This document shows positions 27,730-38,174 of a DNA stretch of 64,000 bases, one piece after another. The stretch covers positions 7,233 to 71,232 of the IMG/VR virus record IMGVR_UViG_3300003321_000095; one strand, given 5' to 3'. This stretch comes from a virus. The translations under genes and the position numbers were made by a program. Below the pieces are notes generated by a model. That model was not told where the DNA came from, made no database searches, and saw nothing but the letters and a program-made list of their open reading frames with translations. Positions within the stretch are counted from its first letter, which is position 1. Each line of letters begins with the position of its first letter.

Positions 27730-28099
27730 CCATGTAATTGTCTATGATTTCTATGGCTTGATCTAATCCCACTGCGAACACAGCATAATAACCTTTATCT
27801 CTTAGTTTCTTCAACGTCTTGTTCTGTGCCTCTACGTGTTCGTTCGATCTAAGTGTGCCGTCTTTCTTGTAAATGTGAGCCTCTTCTGTTTTTAGTTCGA
27901 GCACGAGACCATGATACTTGCCGCGAGGTTCTAAGATGTAAAGATCAGGAAGTGTGTCGTTAGAACGGATCTTCTTGAGTTTTATCGCCATACCCTTACC
28001 GACGCGAATCCCAGAGGCTTCCGAAATAAACACAATACCAGGATACTGATAACCTAAATAATGACACACCGATTGGTGCATCTTTTCTTCTTTTCTCAC
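27713..28099 (-). CDS. VRR-NUC (PD-(D/E)xK) nuclease / Holliday-junction-resolvase-like
   Basis: E..HQ, LPDL.I, GLVLELK and Q......L...GY.A.FAVG motifs. Confidence 0.8.
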   Translation of the reverse strand: MRKEEKMHQSVCHYLGYQYPGIVFISEASGIRVGKGMAIKLKKIRSNDTLPDLYILEPRGKYHGLVLELKTEEAHIYKKDGTLRSNEHVEAQNKTLKKLRDKGYYAVFAVGLDQAIEIIDNYMDGTYN

Positions 28100-28740
28100 T
28101 ACTTAGTATTTTGAAGTGTTACTCCTTTTAAAGTCTCTATCAATTCTGAATCACGTACACTTACCCCACATAGTTGTGCTGCCAGACTTATAACGCCGTA
28201 CATTTGATAGTCACCAAATTCAGGATCAACACTACCTGAGACGATTCTTGGTTTCTTAATCACGTTGAGTAGAATAGGACCTGTTGTGGTTGTTGGATAG
28301 ATTTGTAGACCATTCGCTGCGACAGTATATCTTAACTTTGTGCTGGAAGGGCGCTTAAAAAAGTTTCTCTGAAAAGCCCAGAAATTATTCTGTCGGACGA
28401 ATCGGATGGGGAGTGTTCCTTTACCTATCGAGCCAATTCTTAAGTACTCAGCACCAACCTCTGACGCAGCAGTAGTCAACGCTGTATTAATATTAGAAAC
28501 AGTTATCAATCCGCTAGAAGGAGTAAGGGATAGGTTAAAGATGAGAGGTTGAAGATTCATCATCACGTTCTCATCCTGTTCCCAGTTCTCTATACCACCT
28601 TCTGTATCAGGCAATAGCCTATTTACATACTCGTTGATAGCGTGGTTCAGGTAAGTATAGACTTCGCTCGTGATCACTGAAGGTGATCCATACTTATCTA
28701 TTAATACTTGAAAATAAGTCACTGCTTGTGCTGTTGTCAT
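28099..28740 (-). CDS. head-tail adaptor ring protein
   Basis: 213 aa; F..LIDK..S....E...YLN.AI.EYV N-terminus and ...IKKP pattern typical of the first ring protein. Confidence 0.6.
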   Translation of the reverse strand: MTTAQAVTYFQVLIDKYGSPSVITSEVYTYLNHAINEYVNRLLPDTEGGIENWEQDENVMMNLQPLIFNLSLTPSSGLITVSNINTALTTAASEVGAEYLRIGSIGKGTLPIRFVRQNNFWAFQRNFFKRPSSTKLRYTVAANGLQIYPTTTTGPILLNVIKKPRIVSGSVDPEFGDYQMYGVISLAAQLCGVSVRDSELIETLKGVTLQNTK

Positions 28741-28742
28741 GC

Positions 28743-29033
28743 TTAAACACCTAAACCAACAAGAGCTACCATATTAGTAGCTGTGGTATTTGTTGAATTA
28801 ATTCTGAGAGATTGAATGTAAAGAGTAGTTCCTGTCGGGACAGCTTTAAATAATATCGGTGTATTGTCGGAAGTGACCACTACTACATCACCCCCACCCC
28901 CAACATAAATAGCACCAGCTAAACTATAACCTTTTGGATTGTTGCTGGTATCATCTACAAAATTAACACTGTCTGATTTAGCGATAATGAAAGCGTCTTG
29001 CGCTTGACGAAACGGATATATTTTTCTTCCCAT
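28743..29033 (-). CDS. small virion spike/fibre-base protein (RcGTA head-spike-base-like)
   Basis: AIYVGGGGDVVV...FKAVPTGT.L.I...RINSTNTTATNMVAL signature. Confidence 0.6.
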   Translation of the reverse strand: MGRKIYPFRQAQDAFIIAKSDSVNFVDDTSNNPKGYSLAGAIYVGGGGDVVVVTSDNTPILFKAVPTGTTLYIQSLRINSTNTTATNMVALVGLGV

Positions 29034-29043
29034 AATTTTTATT

Positions 29044-32000
29044 TTATCTAATTCTTCTGGCTCTTATTGATCCTACGAATTGTGGATTACCTACCGTGAA
29101 TGTGGCTTGTGTATTTAAATAATATGTGGTGTTAGAAGAAATCGATACACGATAAGGTGTTATCGAATCTGAAAATTTAGATGTACCCAACAAGGCTGCT
29201 TGTGGAACATAAGCGATATTTAAACCTTCTGTCGCACCAGCCGCACTAGCCGTTGTAGTCGATATAACGAAGATTCCGTTTGAAGCAGCCGTTATTGTTG
29301 CCGAATTAGAACTATAAACGAAGAATGCGGAAATATCCCAATCTCCGGGTGTCAAACTGATAGATGTCACATTTTGATATGTGGCTGTGGTCGTATAATC
29401 CGTATAAGTACTGATAGTAGATGATATTTCTTCACCCACATCTCCCGCCGTAGGGGTATCGTTAGTAGTCGTACCTATGATTCTAACTATACCCGGAGTT
29501 CCACCACCATTGGGTGTACCTCCTTTTATCACTACATTACCCGCGTTTGTGGTGCCACTAGTATAACCGCTACCGCCAATAATCTGAAGATCAGATCCCG
29601 CCGTGGCTCCAAAAACACCAGATGCAGCAATGATAGCATTGAAAAACGATCCGGATACTTTACCGAAAGTTACTGCTGTTCTGCTTATTTGGTTATAAGC
29701 GACATTTGTACCGTCACCTATCTGTATAGCACCTTGATTACCATCGTTTTCAAAAATCGTAAGACCACCCGATCCTTTAGCGAGAAATTTATAATCAATT
29801 TGAGAATTTGTCCCACTTACGGTGAAAATACGTGTAGCACCGGTCGTAGTAGTTATACCGAGTTGTAAACCTCCATTCGCGGTCGATAAAATTTCAGAAG
29901 ATTGCAGAGTTGTTCCGCCGGTACCGTTTGCGATGAGAATAGCTTTGTCGGTTGCTCCTGTCGAGCCTCCTATTCCTGTCGAAGATATAGTAAGTGATCC
30001 TGAGCCAGGAGTAATCGAAATGTTTGTACCGGATGTTAAAGAAGCTACGGTATAATCGGTTCCATTGCCAATCAACAATTGCCCGTTTGAGGGGGTAGTA
30101 TTATTAGATAATGGAATTCTTTTGCGAGTTGTTGATGGTGATAGATAGAAATTTGTTCCATCGTATTCCGCAACACCTGCTTCCGCTGTAGTAAGAATAG
30201 TTCCGGAAGTAAATTTCAGAGGTGCTGAATTAGCAGAAGCTGTTCCGGCAGGTAAATGCAATCGCGCTGTTGGAGCGGTCATACCGATACCCACATTGCC
30301 TCCACTAGAAATAAGGAATTTAACTGTTCCATTCGTATAAGGATCAGTTGTTCCGGTGGGCGAAGTGGCTATGAAAAAATCCGTAGGCACTGACGAGGTA
30401 GTCACGGTTCCATTCACGCGAGTACCGATCGACACGGTTCTCAAATAAGAACTTCCGCTATAATGATCAAATTTAACTGCCGATCCATAATCAGTATCAT
30501 TGATTGCTGCCGCAGAAGATAAACTACCTCTACTCTTTCTTAAAAGAACTGTATTCTCTGTTTGTGATGCTGCGTGGAGTTCGACTAAAAGACCTTGATT
30601 AGTGTTGCCGTCATTCGTTAGATGAAGTTGTGCGAGTGGATTGGTGTTATTAGCTCCTATGCCGAACAAACCTGTAGCCAATCCTCTAAAGTACGTCGTC
30701 ATTGTCGGAACATTTGACCCTGCGGCTATGCCCGTGTTACTTCTCCAAGACAACGCACCGTCTTGTAGCACTATTTCCGAGTTTCCTGCTGTTCCAGTCG
30801 AAACGTTATTTGAGCCATCGAAAACCATTCCTGAACGAATCGACGCATGAGTAGCTGTCGTACTAACCATGCCTCCGCCATAAGTTGGATTTGTGGCATC
30901 GTTTCCAACAATTAATTGTTGCTTATTATTTATAGATTGTAGATTGTAAGTAGGCGTGAATGGCGTTGCTGCTCCTAATCCTAAAAACCCATTATAAGTA
31001 TATATCTGTGATCGATTTGATCTCGTTTTTGATGTAGGAGTGATGACTCCTCTACTTCTCAAATCCTGATATAGAAAATCGGCCATCAGTTTATGACCCA
31101 TCCAATTGGGATGAAGAAGATCAGCATTTACTAACGCTGTTTGCATTCCTCCCGAACCATTATTGAAGGATTGATACCAACGAATAAGACCCGCGGCATA
31201 ATTTGTTTGATATGCTGTATTGTATGTTTGTACTTGAGAAGAGAAAGTTGAATACGGAAGAACCTCACATACAAAAAGATTAGTTCCTAAAGTCCACCCC
31301 GCTCCTAAATCCGTGATTATTTGATTGATGTCCGTAATAATCTGCGTGCTAGTTCTACCCGTTATTACGTCATTGACTCCGATATCTATGACAACGATTG
31401 TCTTTGTTGGATCTGCGTATCTGAGAATATCAGCGCCTCTTAAATCTCTCGCAACATTGCCGCCTCCCGACCATCGCATTACCTTTAATCCACTAAGTTC
31501 TTCTAATTGTTTAGGGAAGGATTGTTCGACGTTGATAACTCCCGCTCCTGTGGCTATTGAGTTACCGGCAATTAAAATATTCGGGGCAACCGGATCATTA
31601 ATAGTCACTATGTGATTATCGAACGAATGTGTTCCACCAACCACACCGAAGCCAAACTGAATTGTACTGTAATTTGCCCACGGTGTACCGACAACAGGAG
31701 ATGTAGTTACTGACACTACGATTGGTTGTACGGAGGTCTGCGTTAGATTTGTAGCCTTGAAAATATATTCGTTTTCAAGAACATCGACTTCTAATTTAAC
31801 AATATCACCGGTTGCAACAGTAAGCGCCACTACACTACTAGGACCCTGAACAGGCGTACCGGAAACATAATAAGTTTCCAAAAATCCTAATCTGGCGGTG
31901 TTGAGTCGAAGAACAAAACTAACACCGTTCTGCCCACCAATTCCCTTTCCAAAAAGCGATAGTTGCACTCCTTGGCTTGTCGAACTTAAAGTACCGATAG

Positions 32001-33975
32001 TTACCTCAACACTCTGAGAAGAATTTCTTATTGCTGTATTACCCCATCCTGAATGACTGACATAACTAGCGAGATCGAAGGATGTGCCACCCACTCCTTG
32101 CAATTTTCCACTTACTATCGACCAAGTTGCTGAACCTGTTACAGTATAGTTAGAGAATGAGGAAGTGAAGGTTTCATTGATGATTTGTCCCTTAGTAGCA
32201 AATTGCCCTGCGGCTTTATCTGCATACGCGGTGGTAGATATTTTTGTAGAATTATCGAATTGTGCTTGTGTTGTCGTGGTTGGACTTCCCGATAAGGCAA
32301 CGCTCGATTTTATTGTTGGGTTCGGATAAGTACCAGCTAAATCTCCTCCGGCAGGACCTGTAGGAGCGGCACCACTAGATGATAAGACATTTCCTGTCAT
32401 CACAAGTCCACCACCTAAACTTATTTCTTCCCAATTACCCGTGGTGCTACTGTTTCTACCGAGCAAAAGCGAAGTTGTTGACGGGGCTGTTAAATTAGAA
32501 TAAGCCAAACGAGAAGTGCCGACTGTCCCTGATTTAGATAAATCAAGCGATCCGAAAGCTAAAGTAGTACCGGCACTATCTATACGAAATACCTGATCTG
32601 TAGTGCCAACAATCGACGCTAGATTCGCTGTCGAATTACCTGTCACACCGAGTACCGAGAGACCAGAACCTTGCACTATATTGGCGAAAGATAATCGACC
32701 TGTGACTCCGGTTGTTAATGAAACATTAGTGATCGTATTAGCCGAACCATTAATTGTTTTATTGGTGAATGATTGCGTACTATCGAGATTAGCGAAGGTC
32801 CTGGTGACACTGTTCCATGAACCTTTGAAATCATTAGTTGAAGTGTCATACCACATATCACCAGTAATGATTGTGGCTGGATCACCAGCAATGCCTCCAA
32901 AGTTCAATCCCGATTTAGTACTGTTTGGAGACAGCACTAATCTTCTCATACTTACAGCCTTGTCGGTACTATTCCAAGTATAAGTGCTGTCGCCGATATA
33001 AAGTCTGCCAGATTTAATGGGAAGTTGTAATGAGGAGAGTGGATTAGAATCATCTTCCCCCATAAATCTGAAAACGTCACTGGAGGTGTTTTTCCAGAAA
33101 ACATATCCGTTAGAAGCCCACATGTCTCCTCCTATCGCACCTACTCCCGTGGCTTCTGCGAGATTTATAGGAGCTTGAGTACCACTTAATTTTTGAAAAA
33201 GAACTTTACCGTTCCTGAAAAATAATTGATTAGTGGTCGCGCCCATATCAATTATAACATTGCCGGACAATGAACCACCTAAATCGTAGGATGTTCCATT
33301 CCATGTGGTGGCGTTACCGTTAGACATTGCTGCGTCAACTAATATATTGCCATCAACATCGGGCAAATAGAAGGTTCTATTTGTTCCTGTGGAAACTGAT
33401 GAAGCCGATAATGTAATGGTCGCCGTATTATCTCCGTTTTGATATACCAAAGGAGAAGCATCTGAAAAAGGATTGAGCGAAGGAAAATCAGCACTCACTA
33501 ATGATCTGAATGTCGGTATACCACTAGAACCGTCTGGTCCTGCATAAACTTTATTAGCAGAAACAGAAGACGCAGAGAAAGATAGCGACGGAGTTGTCGT
33601 TGGGTTACTTACAGATGTTGTGAATAAAGGGGATAGATTACCGCTTGAGAAATTAGTAACCGAACCAGATCCTCCCCCACCATTGATTTCGATATTAGGA
33701 CGGGTGTGAAGTTCAAGTACCGGAGATGTTGGGAAATCATTAACACCACTAATCTCTATCAATTTATAAAGTATCTGAAGACGTTGTGTCTTTGTAAGAA
33801 ACTCTTTATAATCAAGAGCTTTCAACCAATACCTAATCTTGGCTGCTTTTTTAACTTTAGACCAATCGATAATACGTTTATTGGCGATATCTAAAGCAAG
33901 CGTGGCAAGCGATGTACGTGCCTGATAACGTACGGCATCTTCACTTACTTCTGTTTTTATTGATTCTATTGCCAT
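29044..33975 (-). CDS. long tail fibre / receptor-binding protein with internal SGNH (GDSL) esterase domain
   Basis: 1643 aa, S/T/G-rich; AGGDLAGTYPNP and GNVGIG...P.A.LH fibre motifs; SGNH blocks AGNSI, GGG, GVND and DLLHPN at about 31100-31590. Confidence 0.8.
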   Translation of the reverse strand: MAIESIKTEVSEDAVRYQARTSLATLALDIANKRIIDWSKVKKAAKIRYWLKALDYKEFLTKTQRLQILYKLIEISGVNDFPTSPVLELHTRPNIEINGGGGSGSVTNFSSGNLSPLFTTSVSNPTTTPSLSFSASSVSANKVYAGPDGSSGIPTFRSLVSADFPSLNPFSDASPLVYQNGDNTATITLSASSVSTGTNRTFYLPDVDGNILVDAAMSNGNATTWNGTSYDLGGSLSGNVIIDMGATTNQLFFRNGKVLFQKLSGTQAPINLAEATGVGAIGGDMWASNGYVFWKNTSSDVFRFMGEDDSNPLSSLQLPIKSGRLYIGDSTYTWNSTDKAVSMRRLVLSPNSTKSGLNFGGIAGDPATIITGDMWYDTSTNDFKGSWNSVTRTFANLDSTQSFTNKTINGSANTITNVSLTTGVTGRLSFANIVQGSGLSVLGVTGNSTANLASIVGTTDQVFRIDSAGTTLAFGSLDLSKSGTVGTSRLAYSNLTAPSTTSLLLGRNSSTTGNWEEISLGGGLVMTGNVLSSSGAAPTGPAGGDLAGTYPNPTIKSSVALSGSPTTTTQAQFDNSTKISTTAYADKAAGQFATKGQIINETFTSSFSNYTVTGSATWSIVSGKLQGVGGTSFDLASYVSHSGWGNTAIRNSSQSVEVTIGTLSSTSQGVQLSLFGKGIGGQNGVSFVLRLNTARLGFLETYYVSGTPVQGPSSVVALTVATGDIVKLEVDVLENEYIFKATNLTQTSVQPIVVSVTTSPVVGTPWANYSTIQFGFGVVGGTHSFDNHIVTINDPVAPNILIAGNSIATGAGVINVEQSFPKQLEELSGLKVMRWSGGGNVARDLRGADILRYADPTKTIVVIDIGVNDVITGRTSTQIITDINQIITDLGAGWTLGTNLFVCEVLPYSTFSSQVQTYNTAYQTNYAAGLIRWYQSFNNGSGGMQTALVNADLLHPNWMGHKLMADFLYQDLRSRGVITPTSKTRSNRSQIYTYNGFLGLGAATPFTPTYNLQSINNKQQLIVGNDATNPTYGGGMVSTTATHASIRSGMVFDGSNNVSTGTAGNSEIVLQDGALSWRSNTGIAAGSNVPTMTTYFRGLATGLFGIGANNTNPLAQLHLTNDGNTNQGLLVELHAASQTENTVLLRKSRGSLSSAAAINDTDYGSAVKFDHYSGSSYLRTVSIGTRVNGTVTTSSVPTDFFIATSPTGTTDPYTNGTVKFLISSGGNVGIGMTAPTARLHLPAGTASANSAPLKFTSGTILTTAEAGVAEYDGTNFYLSPSTTRKRIPLSNNTTPSNGQLLIGNGTDYTVASLTSGTNISITPGSGSLTISSTGIGGSTGATDKAILIANGTGGTTLQSSEILSTANGGLQLGITTTTGATRIFTVSGTNSQIDYKFLAKGSGGLTIFENDGNQGAIQIGDGTNVAYNQISRTAVTFGKVSGSFFNAIIAASGVFGATAGSDLQIIGGSGYTSGTTNAGNVVIKGGTPNGGGTPGIVRIIGTTTNDTPTAGDVGEEISSTISTYTDYTTTATYQNVTSISLTPGDWDISAFFVYSSNSATITAASNGIFVISTTTASAAGATEGLNIAYVPQAALLGTSKFSDSITPYRVSISSNTTYYLNTQATFTVGNPQFVGSIRARRIR

Positions 33976-33977
33976 TA

Positions 33978-34499
33978 TTAACTAATGTAAGTTAATGTTA
34001 AGTAACCTCTGTTGGATGAACCCGAAAAAGCAGGATCATCGAACACACCTCCTGTTTTTCTGTATAGTGTTATTAATTGTGTCAGTGCCGAACCGATACC
34101 GCCTTGAGTACTTGTTCCATCGAACCAATCAAGAGGATATTGTGCTGTTGTTATACCGTCAGCCATTATCGTAACTTTCACCCCTAATACTTGTGTATAC
34201 GCTTGATCTAATACCACTTGTATACTATCTGTTGTATCCATGTTCCAAGTCCCAACATCAAAAACTTTGGTTTTGATTCTAGTACCATCCTCGGTGGTGA
34301 AACCATTAGGTACGGTGGGGAAAGAATGATATCCCTTACCACTACTTGAATCTGTACCGTAATATTTACTGGCACCTGGTGTATCCTGATCACCAACTAG
34401 ATGAAGAAAGTTGTCGGCGGGATCGGTGATTAAAGAATCTTTGACTCCCTCCAAGCCTGCGCCGACACGTTGAAGAACGATTTCTGGACGGTTCGGCAT
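33978..34499 (-). CDS. tail fibre-associated structural protein
   Basis: LHLVGDQDTPGASKYYGTD...KGYH motif of phage fibre proteins; synteny. Confidence 0.5.
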   Translation of the reverse strand: MPNRPEIVLQRVGAGLEGVKDSLITDPADNFLHLVGDQDTPGASKYYGTDSSSGKGYHSFPTVPNGFTTEDGTRIKTKVFDVGTWNMDTTDSIQVVLDQAYTQVLGVKVTIMADGITTAQYPLDWFDGTSTQGGIGSALTQLITLYRKTGGVFDDPAFSGSSNRGYLTLTYIS

Positions 34500-34500
34500 A

Positions 34501-35199
34501 TTATGTTAATTGAAATTCAATTGCGAGAGATTGTATACGACGAGCAATTCGTTCACCATCGGCGTATTGAGCGCGATCTGAATCCACATAGCAACCATCA
34601 ACAAGAACAGCAAGCAGTTCGTAGATATTTACGTTTCTTTCTCGTTCTGCGTCACCACCTTCAGTACTCGCTATAGCAATAGCGTTTGAGAAATAGTACT
34701 CGGAATTTCCAAGCACTTCTATTTCATAGATTGTTGACGAGATGTTTCCACTTTGATTTGTCTCACCTTCGTTCTCTGCGAGTTCGGCTGGATCTGCTAT
34801 TAATTCCCACCAAACATTATCGGTGAGAGAGTTGTTTAGATTACCGGCCTGTACTGAACGATACACTGTTTTTGATGTTGGTTCGAACACCGCGTCGTAT
34901 TGTGCGTAAGTTGTTCCTGTGTCGTAATCAGGAATGATTACGAAGGGAAAACGGTGCCATCCGTCGCCTTGTGAGATTAGGATCGTCCAAATACTATCGG
35001 AGTTAGGATCATTGTTGTTCCCTGTACTCGTCAATACTTGTTGTACTGTCGAGTCATACTTCATCTTCTTCGCTTTCAGATACACGCCAACAGCGTTACG
35101 CGCTGGTGATGTATAAGTGCTCACATCTGTGATTGTGATCGAAGTTCTGTCAGCGGAAATCGTCGAGTATTGTAACGAAGGGGGGCTTGGAAGTGCCAA
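34501..35199 (-). CDS. structural protein (tail hub/fibre attachment) with a CBM-like insert
   Basis: TTG start; YDTGTTYAQYDAV....VYRS.......P..WW carbohydrate-binding-like motif; synteny. Confidence 0.45.
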   Translation of the reverse strand: MALPSPPSLQYSTISADRTSITITDVSTYTSPARNAVGVYLKAKKMKYDSTVQQVLTSTGNNNDPNSDSIWTILISQGDGWHRFPFVIIPDYDTGTTYAQYDAVFEPTSKTVYRSVQAGNLNNSLTDNVWWELIADPAELAENEGETNQSGNISSTIYEIEVLGNSEYYFSNAIAIASTEGGDAERERNVNIYELLAVLVDGCYVDSDRAQYADGERIARRIQSLAIEFQLT

Positions 35200-35211
35200 T
35201 GTAGTGTTGTT

Positions 35212-35754
35212 TTAGATTATGACAAAACCGAGCAATCTCAGTCCGTCTATGTTTGTATAATTAACTGCTCTTTTCTTTTCTGCAACCTCGATACCTTCTC
35301 TACCACCGGCTGCGTTAGTGTTGCCCTCAATAGATTTGAACTCTTTGTTAGGGAAAACTTCGGATACGATACCGGCGTGTCCTTGCCACGTAGCGACTCC
35401 TTCCTTATAGTGTTGCCAGATAACCAGGGCGTCTTTGACTGGATCAAGGCTGATTTTGTAGCCAGCCTTCTTAAAATTATTGAAGGTGACTATTGCTGAA
35501 GCATTGAATAGTTTATCGAGTTCTGCGAAACGAGAAGGATAGGCATCTTTAAATGCTACCTCTGCTGCGTAAGCACACCATGCTTCATGATCATGCTGAC
35601 CAGCAGCATGGACCTTCTTACCGAACTCCGTTCTATCAGAGAAGGTATTATTAGGATCTTCGTGAACTCCTATATATCGAGCAAATGATTGTGACGGTGT
35701 CATACTGTTTTGAAAAAGTAAGCCCTGAACCTTATGGCTAGGGCTTAACTTCAT
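35212..35754 (-). CDS. CHAP-domain peptidoglycan hydrolase (endolysin)
   Basis: AWCAY (catalytic Cys), GHAGIV (His) and SIEGNT motifs. Confidence 0.85.
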   Translation of the reverse strand: MKLSPSHKVQGLLFQNSMTPSQSFARYIGVHEDPNNTFSDRTEFGKKVHAAGQHDHEAWCAYAAEVAFKDAYPSRFAELDKLFNASAIVTFNNFKKAGYKISLDPVKDALVIWQHYKEGVATWQGHAGIVSEVFPNKEFKSIEGNTNAAGGREGIEVAEKKRAVNYTNIDGLRLLGFVII

Positions 35755-35768
35755 TTATGATTGAGAAC

Positions 35769-36629
35769 TTATAGACTGTTTTCAGCTTGTTCTTTCTTGT
35801 TTGTGGAGCCTTTAGGGCGACCGCCTTTGTTCTTAACAGGAGCCGTTGATTTAGCCTCTGTACCGAGATCGACTTTATTTTGGAGAGCGTTGAGGATTTG
35901 TTCGTCTTTGAGAATTCGGGCAACTGCTTCATTCTCGTCGGCTCCCATTACTGTAGTCTCCCAATAAATGATAGAACCTTTCACTGTGAACAAACCGTCT
36001 GCGATTGCTTTTCTAACTATCGCTCTGACATTTCTGTCACCAGCGTTGAGTAGTTTGAAGTAATCGGCTGGACGTTTCTCTGCGAATTCGAGCACCGTCA
36101 ATCTCATCTGACTACCAGGACTACCGAAGAAGCCGATATTAGCGGCTATTTCTTGCATCGTCTTGTCGTCGAGATTAAAGGCACTTGACTTTGCTTTGGT
36201 CCTTTGAGCTTCCGCTTCGAGTGCTACATCAGCATCTTTATCGCTATCGAGTTCTCGGAAGATTACTCCTTGTTGGATTTCAACTCCATCGACTTCGATA
36301 TAGTGACCGTTAGGAGATCCTTCACATTCTGGATAGTTCTTGAGAAACTCGTATTGACTGACTCCGTTCATATCTTTGTCAGTCTCGCGAACCTGAAGCC
36401 TGCGTCTTGATTCGTCAAGCACGAAGAACTTACTGAGTGCTTTGCCATCCGAACCTTTAGATGTGATATATTCTATCAATCTACCTGGTTCTCCGAGTGC
36501 GCCAGCGTGATCTGTATAATGACGAAACGATATTGTTCCACCACGATTGATTCTGTCGAGTCCATCACCCACAACAACGAACCATTTGAATCGTGTGCTG
36601 TCGTAGGGTCTTATAAATTGTTTTGACAT
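35769..36629 (-). CDS. conserved crAss-like protein downstream of MCP (capsid-associated)
   Basis: 286 aa directly after MCP; helical C-terminal domain with G..E.EAV..I; AT-hook-like GGRPKG tail. Confidence 0.55.
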   Translation of the reverse strand: MSKQFIRPYDSTRFKWFVVVGDGLDRINRGGTISFRHYTDHAGALGEPGRLIEYITSKGSDGKALSKFFVLDESRRRLQVRETDKDMNGVSQYEFLKNYPECEGSPNGHYIEVDGVEIQQGVIFRELDSDKDADVALEAEAQRTKAKSSAFNLDDKTMQEIAANIGFFGSPGSQMRLTVLEFAEKRPADYFKLLNAGDRNVRAIVRKAIADGLFTVKGSIIYWETTVMGADENEAVARILKDEQILNALQNKVDLGTEAKSTAPVKNKGGRPKGSTNKKEQAENSL

Positions 36630-36650
36630 TTTGTTAAAGTTTAAGTTTTT

Positions 36651-36680
36651 AAAAAGTAGGAGAATGTTAGTTCTCCTACT
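36651..36680 (-). terminator. intrinsic terminator after MCP
   Basis: AGTAGGAGAA/TTCTCCTACT 10-bp stem followed by a U-tract on the minus strand. Confidence 0.8.
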
Positions 36681-36707
36681 GTAAGTAATTGATTATCAGA
36701 TTTTTTA

Positions 36708-38048
36708 TTAACTGTTAGCGAATAGCAAACCTAAACGGTTAGGAGAGTATACAGCAGTCGTGAACTCAGTCAAGAGTTGACCTTCGATACCATCATAAGC
36801 GTTAGATACTTCAAGACCGGGCGACGCCATACCGGGGATCATCTTCTGGATGAACTTAGCACCATCACGGTATTTCACCTGGATGTTACGCTCGTTAGCA
36901 CCTGCTACTGTACCGAAGTCAAGAGCAAGCACAAGGTTGTTAAAGTCTTTCGCTGTTGACGAAGGAGTGACAGTAGGAACGATCGCTGTATCGCTAAACA
37001 GTTCGTAGTATGCGAAGTGAAACTTCTTACCGAGAATCTGATACGATTGGAAATCAAGACCGGCCAATTGACGGGGCTTATCTTGCATTGCGATTGTTTG
37101 ATACTTCGAACCCAAAGCGTGGTTGATATCTGCGAGGGCTTTGATACCGCACAACATGATGATATCGTTAGAACCAGCTTGAGGAACGATCTGAGTTGCA
37201 AACTGAGTAAGATCTGCTTCTTGCAAGCCGACTGCGCTCGAATAGTTAACAACCTGACCCGAACCTTCTGCGTATTCCATCAAACCACGAGTTTGATTCA
37301 CACCGGTGGCCGTCTTATAACGTTTACCGAAAATCAACTTCGCTTCAAAGTCACGCATGAATTCCTTCTGTTCGAAGTCTTCTTGCTTGTAGTACCATGA
37401 CTCATTGTCGACATAAGTCTTCTGAGACATCATACCGCGTTCAATCCGGAATTTCCTACGATTGATTTCGGTTACGTTGTAGTCTGTTCCGGGGAGATAC
37501 GAACGAACACCACCTGCATCAGATGAACCTCTTGCGAAGCCTGTACCGATATGACCGATTTTATGAGTCGAGTTGATGAGTGCTGTTGACCAATTGCTTC
37601 CATCAAACTGTGTTACAGTCATCGTTTGGAAACCACCCGAATTGCTTACAGAAGCAACACGACCGTTAGCACCTGTGTTAGCTACACGGAATTCATCACC
37701 CACGATGAAATAACCTAGATCATTTACACCATCTGCTGTGATATCAAGAGTAAGAGTTGCTGTTGCAGTTGTACCGTTGCTGATCGCGGTGATCGTCGCG
37801 CTCTTACGAGTACGATCCATGATTTGCCAAGAATAAGTATCCGAGAAGATTGTACCACTTACACCAGCGATTTTCTCAGTCATATCCGTGAGATAGTACT
37901 GAGGGAATTTAATGATAAGTGCTTCGAGAATCTCGGGTTTTTCGAGACCCGCATTGAAAATATGTTGGGACAAGACCTGCTGATCGCGAGCTTGTGTACC
38001 TGTACCTGAGACGGAACTCGGGACGTTTGTGCCGGGGATTAAACCCAT
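36708..38048 (-). CDS. major capsid protein (HK97 fold, crAss-like)
   Basis: 446 aa; follows portal and scaffold; E..F.R..E..LIFG.....TRGLM pattern; followed by a terminator. Confidence 0.85.
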   Translation of the reverse strand: MGLIPGTNVPSSVSGTGTQARDQQVLSQHIFNAGLEKPEILEALIIKFPQYYLTDMTEKIAGVSGTIFSDTYSWQIMDRTRKSATITAISNGTTATATLTLDITADGVNDLGYFIVGDEFRVANTGANGRVASVSNSGGFQTMTVTQFDGSNWSTALINSTHKIGHIGTGFARGSSDAGGVRSYLPGTDYNVTEINRRKFRIERGMMSQKTYVDNESWYYKQEDFEQKEFMRDFEAKLIFGKRYKTATGVNQTRGLMEYAEGSGQVVNYSSAVGLQEADLTQFATQIVPQAGSNDIIMLCGIKALADINHALGSKYQTIAMQDKPRQLAGLDFQSYQILGKKFHFAYYELFSDTAIVPTVTPSSTAKDFNNLVLALDFGTVAGANERNIQVKYRDGAKFIQKMIPGMASPGLEVSNAYDGIEGQLLTEFTTAVYSPNRLGLLFANS

Positions 38049-38088
38049 AGTATTTAATTGTTTGGTTTGTTGGATTTACTTATTGAGT

Positions 38089-38159
38089 ATCCACACAAAC
38101 AGTTCTCATCTGTCCTCCGTTAAGAGGCTTGATCCATTGTAGTGTGGATTAAATGAGAA
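38089..38159 (-). promoter_or_regulatory. pseudoknot-forming leader of MCP
   Basis: Interleaved complementary pairs 38089-96/38142-49 (8 bp) and 38103-09/38153-59 (7 bp), plus hairpin 38114-27. Confidence 0.5.
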
Positions 38160-38174
38160 GCGAGGAGGGATGTC

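Noticed and set aside
29044-33975. Diversity-generating retroelement targeting the tail fibre
   Set aside because: No reverse transcriptase and no TR/VR repeat pair noticed in the window.
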